From: Mytilus californianus
Taxonomy: Eukaryota
Assembly (NCBI RefSeq): GCF_021869535.1
Contig: NW_026262581.1
Span: forward strand, 121,892,001-121,956,000
Length of the DNA stretch: 64,000 nucleotides
Reading direction: 5' to 3'
Positions 53,801-64,000 of the stretch are shown in pieces; position 1 is the stretch's first letter, and every line of letters starts with the position of its first letter. The notes below the pieces were generated by a model. It was not told where the DNA came from and did no database searches. It was given only the letters and a program-made list of their open reading frames with translations. The translations under genes were made by a program, and so were the position numbers.

Positions 53801-54160
53801 GCTTATATTGATATATAATTGTCTGATTGGTAGTTTCTGATCGTGCCTCTCCACCTTCAGCTATCCTTGTAGGTATGGAGCTTATATTGATATATAATTG
53901 TCTGATAGGTAGTTTCTGATTGTGCCCCTCCACCTTCAGCTATCCTTGTAGGTATGGAGCTTATATTGAAATATAATTGTCTGATAGGTAGTTTCTGATC
54001 GTGCCTCTCCACCTTCAGCTATCCTTGTAGGTATAGAGCTTATATTGATATATAATTGTCTGATAGGTAGTTTCTGATCGTGCCTCTCCACCTTCAGCTA
54101 TCCTTGTAGGTATGGAGCTTATATTGATATATAATTGTCTGATAGATAGTTTCTGATTGT
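50854..54160. repeat. 79-bp minisatellite, ~38-39 copies
   Basis: Unit GTGCCCCTCCACCTTCAGCTGTCCTTGCAGGTATGGAGCTTATATTGATATATAATTGTCTGATAGGTAGTTTCTGATC, e.g. at 51481 and 51560. Occasional ~100-bp variants carry a 21-bp insert. Confidence 0.97.
52613..52819. mobile_element. 207-bp TA-flanked MITE (Tc1/mariner-type TSD) inserted in the 79-bp array
   Basis: TIR CTGTAAATTCAGAAATTATTGCG / CGCAATAATTTCTGAATTTACAG. TA is duplicated relative to the empty units. Confidence 0.9.
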
Positions 54161-55384
54161 TTAATGTTTTGCTTTTGATCTATTAACTGTAGGTGGTTTG
54201 TGAATTTTATACTATATTTATAATAATGAATAGATTTTGTATGATTGCTGATTAAACAACTATCCACCAGAGACCAAATGACGTAGATGTACACAGAACA
54301 ATTATAAAATGTAAATGTAGACTGCTCTCTCACAAGAAAAACACCCTATAACTCTGAAAGATAAAGACATGCACCACAAGAACAGGACATATCATAATGC
54401 CATCTTGGACAAAACTGAGGAAATAAATAGATTTTTACCCATATTCATATTTAGAAAAAAAAAGATGACTTAATTTCTTTGATGTGTTTTACTCTGCAAT
54501 TCTGCCTCTTTTATTTCTCTATTTGGATTTATTTATAGAATTATCAGCCAGAATTTCATTGAGTCAGTATAAAGCATTTACCAAATAGAACTATGTGGAC
54601 ATTGATTTTTTTAGAACCTGGAGCATACTGCATGCACAATATTGGATAATAAAATATGTAATTTATTTTCTGTTTGGCTGATATCTCTCTTGATGCATAT
54701 AGATAATTACCCCCTTTGACATACACGCCAACTGTTAAGTGCTTAGTTCATTCTCTGTGGTCTTTGAAGTTAGCTGACTTATGCTTGTTGTTCTATTACA
54801 TCTTGCACTGTAATATCATTCAGTTCAGAACTGTCCAAATTGAAAAGTATGGCTTCTGATTCAGATATTATAAGAAATAATTTGTTAAAGATACTAAAAG
54901 TATAGGAAGTAATTATTCCTCAATCTGAATACAGTGATATACTGGTTTACCTCTGATCTTTGCACTTGAATTTCAAAATGAAAAAAATTAAAATAAATCT
55001 ACCATCATTGTTATAAAGCCCATAGGGATTCTACAATGTACCCATATAGAAACAGATACCAAATAACGTACTTTGGATGTTTATAAGACGTTAGTCTGTT
55101 AGACATCGGTATTTATATTTTAGAATTTTTGTCTTACATGCTGGCATCAGAGCTTCAAACTTCTTGAATTTAGTGCAAAACTGCAAAAACTGTCAGAATA
55201 GCCTCATTTTGCATTAATATTTAGATATGAGCAAAGGCTTTCTCCAGAAATATATTTTGCTTCAATTTTTATTTTACAAACTTTATTGTAGCAAAATAAA
55301 ATTCAAATGTGTGTAGAATATCTTTTGGGGTTAAGCCTTTGCTCATACGTATTTTGTTTTAGTTTAAATATGTCAATTTTTACA

Positions 55385-56343
55385 TTTTTATACGTCCGTT
55401 TACAGGACGTATTATGGTATACCGTTGACCGTCTGTCCGTCCGTCTGTCTGTTCCGTCCGTCCGTCGTCAACATGTCGGACATTAATTCAAAAACGCTTT
55501 AACAAATATTCATGAAACTTTGGTGAATTGTTTATATCTATTGACGTGAGCTCCCTTTCGTATTTTATAAATTTCGGATTTACCGTTTCCGAGTTTTGGG
55601 GTTTTATTCATTAAAAAAGGGGGATTTTCCAGTTTTCGGACAATAACTCAAAAATAATTTCACCAATTTGCATGAAACTTTTGTGAATTGTTCATATCTA
55701 TTGACGTGAGCTCCCTTTTGTTTTTTATAAATTAAGGATTTACCGTTTCCGAGTTTTGGGGTTTTATTCATTAAAAAAGGGGGGATTTTCCAGTTTTCAG
55801 ACAATAACTCAAAAACAATTTCACCAATTTGCAAGAAACTTTGGTGAATTGTTTGTTTCTATCGACATGAGTTCCCTTTTGATTTTTATAAATTTCAGAC
55901 TATACGTTTCCGATTTATTGGGTTTAATTCATTACAAAAAGGGGGATTTTCCAGTTTTTTGACAATAACTCAAAAATGCTTTCAGCATTTTTTTATGAAA
56001 CTTTGGTAAATTGTTTATATCTATTTTTGTAAGCTCCCTTTTGATTTTTATAAATTTTTGATTTTATATTTCCGAGTTATAAGATTTTATTTGTTTATAG
56101 TCTGACAACAGATTTACTAAGTTTTACGCAACAGCATAGTGTATTGCACAACAGCTAGAAATCTTTCATATAACCAATTTCAAGGTCTTTGACTACATTA
56201 ATTCAGAAACCTATAATATATCAAATATTTAGTATATCAAATTCAGACCTGTATCAAGCTTGAATATTGTGTCCATTTTTGCCCCAACTGTTCAGGGTTG
56301 GACCTCTGTGGGCGTATCCAGCTGCGCTCAGCGAAGCAGTTTA
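55385..56343 (+). mobile_element. HINE-type element, family A
   Basis: 5' hairpin ATACGTCC-GTTTACA-GGACGTAT, then (GTCC/GTCT)n, ~160-bp cores (55476, 55637, 55797, 55959), and 3' GGGCGTATCCAGCTGCGCTCAGCGAAGCAG. Confidence 0.82.
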
Positions 56344-56431
56344 TTGTGACATCATTTTGACATCACTAGTTTTCTGCACTAAAGTGTCCATATTATATTA
56401 ACTTGTTCATTTATCAATACAATTACAATCA

Positions 56432-57566
56432 TTTTATACGAACACCAAAAAATTTTGCGGTCGTATATTGGTATCACTTCGTCGTCGTCCGAAGACAATT
56501 GGTTTCCGGACAATAACTTTAGTATAATTAAATAGAAATCTATGAAATTTAAACACAAGGTTTATAACCACAAAAGGAAGGTTGATATTGATTTTGGGGG
56601 TTATGGTCCTAACAGTTTTAGGAATTAGGGGCCAAAAAGGGGCCCAAATAAGCATTTTTCTAGTTTCCAGACAATAACTTGTTGAACGGTGTATGGATCT
56701 CTATGAAATTATACCACAAGTTTCCATACCACAAAGGGATGGTTAGGATTTGCTTTGGGGGGTTATGGCTCAAACCGTTTAGGAATTAGGGGCAAAATTA
56801 TACCACAAGTTTTCATACCACAAAGGAATGGTTAGGATTTGCTTTTGGGGGTTATGGCTCAAACCATTTAGGAATTAGGGGCAAAAAAGGGGGAAAACAA
56901 GGGTGTCCTGGTTAATGGACAGTAACTTTAGTACAAAACATAATGTAAAGCAGTGTAAGGGAGGTAATTCAAACACATCATTTGAATTACCTCCCTTACA
57001 CTGCTTTTAAATTATGTATAAAGAAATGGTTAATGGACAATTACTTAAGACAATTTAAAAGCAGTGTAAGGGAGGTAATCCAAACACAATGTTTTGATTA
57101 CCTCCCTTACACTGCTTTTAAATTATGTATAAAGAAATGCATATTTATAAAGGAAGACCAGTAAAAATATCTACAAATGTTGCATATTTTTTTTTTCAAA
57201 AAAATCCATATGAAAGATTTGACATCATATTTTAAATTCTATTATAAAATAGATTAAGTTAGCACTATGGTAAATTTAAATGGGTAATTATGGGTAAACT
57301 CCATTGGAAATTTGAATTGAGATTATGACCATATCTTGAGGGAAGAAATTTTTTTGGGGGAAAAAGGGGGGGGAGGTGAAAAAAAAGCAAAAAATTGAAT
57401 ATAAATTCAAATCATATAACCAATTCTAAGTTCTTTGACTGCAGTTATTCTGTGTCGGAAACCTATTATGTGTCAAATATTTAATTACAATCCAAATTCA
57501 AACCTGTATCAAGCGCAAATATTGTGTCCATTTTTTCCCCAACTGTTCATGGTTGGCGAAGCAATT
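56432..57566 (+). mobile_element. HINE-type element, family B, with internal palindromes and a partly deleted 3' end
   Basis: 5' TTTTATACGA..GCGGTCGTATATTGG, (GTC)nCCGAAGAC, family-B cores, and a 3' module ending GGCGAAGCAATTT. Confidence 0.78.
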
Positions 57567-58853
57567 TATTATAGGTTTGAATGGTGTTCTTTATTTTTGC
57601 AATTTCAGGGGCCAAAAAAAGGCTCCTGTCATACCTCCTTCTTTGAAATTTAAAGAGTTTAAACTTTTAGATACATGCTGCCAAGTTTCTTTTATCCTGA
57701 GATTGTCTTGACATAACATACATATGTATGCATAAGTACAGCCTGATAAATTGGATTTATCCTCACTGCTTTTGCTGATCATAGTTACTAGATAGAACAG
57801 AAAACAGAATATTTGATACATGATAGTGTTTAACCTTCTGGGCAATACCATTTATTATGGAATCTCGAAGAATTTCTTTTTTTTTAGTAATCATGAATTA
57901 TGAATGATTTGAAGTAAAATATGATATTTCATCATGTAGCTATTTTGTTGGCTATTTTACATGTAATGCTTTTAAGTTCTCCTCTGTAATAGATATTAAA
58001 AGAAACAAGATATTCCATTTAGTGTTTCCAATGTATAGACTTCAAAAATAACATCTTCTCAAGCTGTTACTTATATAATTATGTCATTGTTTGTTGTATA
58101 ATAGGAAAAATATTATGAAATTAAAGAAAATCAAGGATACTTTTCTATTTTATTAAAATAATATTGGAATATGTTTGATTTTTTCCGTGAAAGCATGATA
58201 TGGGAATTTAATGACTGTATTGAAGTGACAATAGTGGAATTGTCTTTACTATTGATCATACGTATTGATTGGTGAGATTAACATTCACCATGTATATGTA
58301 CTGAGGTTTATTTTACAGTTATTTTATGATTCATTGCAGCTAATTGTCACAAGCAGTGAGCATACCATGATATTACATATTGTTATGAATATTTGGTAAA
58401 AACATTAAATATTGTAACTATTTATATTTCTGCATAGCAATACAAAATGTCTTCCACTCACGGAAAACACAAATTGCTCCCGGAGGAGTTCATTTAGCAT
58501 TGGAATCATACGCTTGTTAATTTGTCCTCTGCCGACTTGAGTAGAAAAGTAAATTGCAGTTTCTGGTTTTGAGAGCACTTCAATATTTTATTGCCATCAG
58601 AATGTGAAAAGAAATATCGAGCTAGAGTTGTGTTTTGCAGTACAATGTGCCATTCTTTGAAGATTATTAAAGCCAGATAATTCTAATGAAATATCAATAA
58701 TTGAATGAGATTTGTATATCTATGTAGAAAGAAACATTTACAGGTGAGTTAGCTTCTTTATATTCTTAATGAGATCCAAATAGTTTATTGGAAATGAAAA
58801 AAAAATATATACATTGAATTTCTCCAAAAGACTTCAGTACAACTGCATAGATA

Positions 58854-59060
58854 CTGTAAATTCAAAAATTATTGCGAGCTTTTTATTAATGGGAATAATG
58901 CGACTGTGTAAAAGTATCGCAATAAAAAGAAATCGCATTCTGATATCTAATACATATGTCAGTATGCAAATTTTCTAAAATCACAATAATTAATCTCGCA
59001 TGTTTGTCATTCTTCAAAAATCGCAATAATAAATGCACGCAATAATTTCTGATTTTACAG
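58854..59060. mobile_element. 207-bp TA-flanked MITE, same family as 52613-52819, opposite orientation
   Basis: TA-CTGTAAATTCAAAAATTATTGCG ... CGCAATAATTTCTGATTTTACAG-TA. Confidence 0.88.
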
Positions 59061-59514
59061 TACGAACAACTTTATACAAAATTGTAAGTTGTTGAAAGAA
59101 AAAAATTTTATATCAGTACTCACTGTACAAAAATTTTGTGTTTTTTTAAAGAGATTTAACTCTTTATTTAGAACCCTAGGAGCCTGTGAGTAAGTGGTAA
59201 AAATGTAAAAGGTCTGTATCTGTTTCTACTCTTTGTGGAACTTGCATTTGAACCTTTGAAATATTCAGGTTGTGGTTGTGGACATTTTATTGAAACAAGG
59301 AAATCACATTATTTCATATGAAAATTCAGAATTGTGCAAAAATGAGCTCAACAGTTCAAGATTGTATGTAATGCAATGGATGTTTTTTCAATTCTAAGGA
59401 TTCAACAGACTTTGTAGAGAAAATTTGGATCATAAGAAAATAGGCTCCAGACTAACGGAATGAATCTCTTTTATGTATGATCATATCTACTTAAACACTT
59501 GATAGGGCTTACAT

Positions 59515-60723
59515 TTGGTTCTTGCCAGCAGTGAACTAGTTGGTGTGTTTAGTCTTGGTACTTGCCAGCAATGTATTAGTTGAGGTGTTCAGTCTTTGAA
59601 CTAGCCATCAGTGTAAAAGTTGATGTGTTTAGTCTTGGTACTGGCCAGCAGTGTAATAGTTGATGTTTTCAAACTTGGTACTTATGAGCAGTGTAATTAG
59701 TTGATGTGTTCTTTTATGGTTCTGGCCAGCAGTGTAATAGTTGAGGTGTTCAGCCTTGGTACTTGCCAGCAGTAAAATAATTGATGTGTTCAGTCTTGGT
59801 ACTTGTTAGCAGTGTAATAATTTAGGTGTTCAGTCTAAGTACTTGCCAGTAATGTATTAGTTGAGGTGTTCAGTCTTGGTTCTGTACAGCAGTGTTACAG
59901 TTCATGTGTTCAGTGTTTGGTACTGGCCATCAGTGTTACAGTTGCTGTTTATTCTTGGTGCTTGCCAACAATGTAATAGTTGATGTGTTCAGTCTTGGTA
60001 CTTGCCAGCAGTGTAATAGTTGATGTATTCAGTATTGGTACTTGCCAGTATTGTAATAATTGATGTGTTCAATGTTTGCACTTACCATCAGTGAAATAAT
60101 TGATGTGTTCAGGCTTTGTCTTTGTCAGCAATGTAATAATTGATGTTTTCAGTCTTGGTACTTATCAGCAGTGTAACATTAGTTGATGTTGTCAGTCTTG
60201 GTAGTTGCAAGCAGTGTAATATTTGATGTGCTCAGTCTTGGTACTTGCCAGTAGTTCAGTATCAAAACTTATTAGCTGTTTAATTAGATGATGTATTCAT
60301 TGGTACTTGCCAGCAGTGTAATAGTTGATGTGTTCTGTTATGATTCTGGCCAGCAGTGTAATAGTTGATGTGTTCAGTCATGGTACTTGCCAGCAGTGTA
60401 ATAATTGATGTGTTCTGTTATGATTCTGGCCAGCAGTGTAATAATTGATGTGTTCAGTCATGGTACTTGCCAGCAGTGTAAAAAGTAGTTGATTTGTTCA
60501 GTCTTGGTACTTGCCAGCAGTGTACTGGTTGATGTGTTCAGTCTTGGTACTTTCCAACAGTTTAATAGTCTATGTGTTCAGACTTGGTACTTGCCAGCAG
60601 TGTAACAGTTGATGTGTTCAGTATTTGAACTTGCCAGCAGTAAAATAATTGATGTGTTCAGTCTTGGTACTTGTCAATAGTGTAATAATTGATGTGTTTA
60701 GTCTTGGTTCTTGCCAGCAGTAT
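59515..60723. repeat. 40-bp minisatellite, left block (~30 copies)
   Basis: Unit AGTTGATGTGTTCAGTCTTGGTACTTGCCAGCAGTGTAAT; phase visible at 59981, 60021, 60061 and 60101. Confidence 0.95.
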
Positions 60724-61728
60724 TGTCTCGCTTGCGACAAAAGTCGCAGAATGCGAGACATAGGGATTACTATCCGACTAACGTTAACCATTGGTATAAA
60801 GCTGTATATTTCAGAAGGTAGAAAACCTGGAATGCGTCACATCTTGTATTCACATACCTTATGTTACGAAGTTTCCTTCTGTCATATGTTCATTGTCCTT
60901 GACCTTATTTTCATGGTTCAACGACTGCTTGAAAAGAAATTATAGTTTTTTGTCATGCGAATTTCTAACTTATTATGAGTAATAGGATAAATATATTTGG
61001 TATATGGGTTCGTTGCAATATTAACATGTTCGTCAGACAGGTTCTCATGGATCAGTGATCAAGGTTAAAATTACATGATAAGAATGTTTCTCAGATACTA
61101 TATAAGCAGTAAGTCAACTTTATTTGGTGTATGGAATGATTGTAAGGGTTTCATATGACATAGACCTCATTTTTATGGTTCATTTGTCAATGTTAAGTTA
61201 ATGTGCTTTGTTTTTCAAGTACTATAAGCAAAAGGTCAACTATATTTGGTGTATGGAATGGTTGTAAGATGAACATGATGGTCTAGCCAGTATTATCTGA
61301 CCTTGACCTCATTTCCATGGTTTAATGGTCTATGTTAAGTTTTTGTGTTTTGGTCTGTGTTTCAAGTATTAATACCAATAGGTCACCTATATTTTGTGTA
61401 TGGAATAATTGTAAGGATAACATGCCTATCTGACAGGAATGATCTGACCTTGAGCTCATTTTCATGGTTCATTGGCCAATGTTTAGTTTTTGTGTTTTGG
61501 TCTGTTTTTCAATTACCATCAGCAATAGGTCAACAATATTTTGTGTACAGAATAATTGAAAAGTTTACATGTCTATCTAACAGGTTTTATCTGACCTTGA
61601 CTTCATTGTCATGGATCTTTAAAAATTTTAAGTTTATGTGATATTTGTATTAAAACCTTTATCTTTAAGATTTCAACATAAAATCAATGGTCAGTAAAGC
61701 AGGTGAGACATTCAGCATGTGTGCTCTT
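60724..61728 (+). mobile_element. HINE-type element (third family) inserted in the 40-bp array
   Basis: 5' nested hairpin TGTCTCGC-TTGCGAC-AAAA-GTCGCAG-AAT-GCGAGACA, internal ~150-190-bp cores (TGACCTTGACCTCATTTTCATGG), and 3' sub-TIR GGTGAGACA plus CAGCATGTGTGCT. Confidence 0.75.
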
Positions 61729-62428
61729 ATACTTATTGATGTGTTCATTCTTGGTACTTGCCACCAGTGTAATAATTGATGTGTTTAGTCTTGGTACTTG
61801 TCAGCAGTAAAATAATTGATGTGTTCTGTCTTGGTACTTGCCAGTAGTGTATAATTTAAGTGTTTAGTCTTGCTACTTGACAGCATTAAAATAATTGATG
61901 TGTTCTGTCTTCTTACTTGCCAGTAGTGTATAATTTAAGTGTTTAGTCTTGCTACTTGACAGCATTAAAATAATTGATGTGTTCTGTCTTGGTACTTACC
62001 AGTAGTGTATTATTTAAGTGTTTAGTCTTGGTACTTGTCAGCAGTAAAATAATTGATGTGTTCTGTCTTGGTACTTGCCAGTAGTGTATAATTTAAGTGT
62101 TTAGTCTTGCTACTTGACAGCATTAAAATAATTGATGTGTTCTGTCTTCTTACTTGCCAGTAGTGTATGATTTAAGTGTTCAGTCTTGCTACTTGACAGC
62201 ATTAAAATAATTGATGTGTTCTGTCTTGGTACTTACCAGTAGTGTATTATTTAAGTGTTTAGTCTTGGTACTTGTCAGCAGTAAAATAGTTGATGTGTTC
62301 TTTCTTGGTACTTGCTAGTAGTGTATTATTTAAGTGTTTAGTCTTGGTACTTGTCAGCAGTGTAATAATTGATATGTTCTGTCTTGGTACTTGCCTGAAG
62401 TGTAATAATTAATTTGTTTAGTCTTGGT
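61729..62428. repeat. 40-bp minisatellite, right block with 79-bp dimer and 237-bp higher-order repeat
   Basis: Alternating ~40-bp and ~39-bp variants. The block starting at 61833 recurs at 62070. Confidence 0.92.
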
Positions 62429-64000
62429 TACACCAAACAAAACAGACATTATGCTAAATACACAGTAGTAAGAGAAACAAAAAAGATTTGCAGCTTTTTG
62501 GAAAGAATACTTGAAGATACATGTATTTCACAAATTTTCAATGAAAAATGTAACACTTCACATATATGTCAAATAGTGAACCAATTATTATCATTCTTGT
62601 AAAGTTGAAAATTATACAGTAATATATCAATATTTAATGTTATTTTGTCATATTATTTCTTCAGTTAACTAATACTTAACAGGTACAAGACAGTATTTAT
62701 ATTCAGGAGATTTAACAGTATTGCACTTGAAAGATTTGGGGCATCAAATTCTGTTCATGAATTGAGTTCACTGTCAGTTCACTTACAGAGCTAGTAAACA
62801 GACACTTGTAACCATCAAATCAAGCATGGGTGGTTGCCACCTAATACCCCTTATGACAAACTCCTAGGTAGAAGGAATATGGTTAATATAAAAATGTGAA
62901 CTAATAAATGGAAGAATTTTAAATGCCACAGAAGAGAGTCATATACTAGTGCATGAAACAAAATTGTGGTTTAACAAACCACCTATAAAACACTCTCAAA
63001 GAGTTGTGACAAGGCTGTCTTTGTCATGCTGATATCGTGGACATTTAAATTCTCAAGTAACATCGGTCTTGGATGATACAAGTTGATAATATTGATATGG
63101 TTAAAAAAACAGGATTCAGAATTCATCAAGTACCATTAGCAGTTGTCAGAATGTTTCAGAATTATGTTCTGCTTAAATAGGAAATACTGACTACACTGAG
63201 TAAATTTTAACTGCACAATAATTGTTAAATGCAAAGAATTTGAAATTGAGGAATTGTAAAAGTGAAGTGGCCCCTTTTGTTTAATTAAGTAAAAGTTGTG
63301 AAGATATCCCCAATGATTAGACGTTTATATTCTGTAGAAGAATTCACTGCCAGAATCAATTACCTAATTGATATTCAAAATGAGAAATACTGAGCAATTT
63401 TGGTGACAAATTCAGAATGTTTATAACCTTTCTGGAGAAAAATATGGAGAAATTACTGAAGCTAATTGCATGGTTTCAGGAAATGTATTTGTTCTTTGTA
63501 CTTTTGATCATAGTTGTCAATTTTTTTTGCTTGACAATCTTGATTAGTTTTGAACAGTAAGATTATTTGTTTTCAATGTTTTTATTTTGTTCGTCATGTA
63601 AGCTAATGGTAGAACAGAGTTATATGTTACTGTAACAGTTGTTTGGGTTTTTCTGTTGTAAGATTTAAAAAAAAAAAAGAAAATAAATCAATTTGGAAAA
63701 AAATGTAACAGATTGCTTTTAACTATATGCAGACACCTTTTATGAAATACAAGCTTTCAAAAGAAAAGTAAAGTTGTCTCATTGGCAATCTTAACACATC
63801 TCCTTATTTTTATAAATAAAGATAATGAGGTCATATTGGACTATGTCCTTTTATAGTATAAATGGTCAGTCGTGTTTTTACACATCCATCCGTACTGGTA
63901 TGATACTCTGTTTGGCTTATCTTTAATACAGGATCTGTCAGACTTTGACATTCTAGATCTGCCATTTATCTCAAACAAGAATGATTTAATATATCATACA

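Noticed and set aside
50854-62428. 79-bp and 40-bp arrays as CRISPR-like loci, or as related to each other through the 79 = 40 + 39 period
   Set aside because: There are no unique spacers or cas genes, the context is eukaryotic, and the two units share no convincing alignment.

Overview
AT-rich eukaryotic DNA with spliceosomal introns. The repeat families look like those of a bivalve, probably Mytilus; that is inference from recalled repeat motifs. Three spliced genes can be built, each with two coding exons. Two form a head-to-head pair of single-CABIT-domain (GAREM/THEMIS/Serrano-like) paralogues: minus join(17412..17061,15999..15071), 426 aa, and plus join(19754..20090,20399..21192), 376 aa. 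They share a phase-1 intron at the same position. The third is a RING-less B-box/B-box/coiled-coil/NHL-propeller TRIM-like gene: minus join(29277..29103,28028..26500), 567 aa. The rest is largely repetitive: a 3.2-kb tandem array (3 full copies plus 1 internally deleted copy), a 79-bp and a 40-bp minisatellite each interrupted by a transposon, about seven HINE/Helentron-type non-autonomous elements, TA-flanked and foldback MITEs, SINE-like repeats, and LINE/Penelope-like RT fragments, including one young 5'-truncated RTEX-like copy with an open RT frame. There is no CRISPR array and no rRNA or tRNA gene was recognised. The best candidate for an undescribed system is the divergent CABIT pair, one member ending in an ITSM-like/PDZ-like tail, next to a TRIM-NHL gene.
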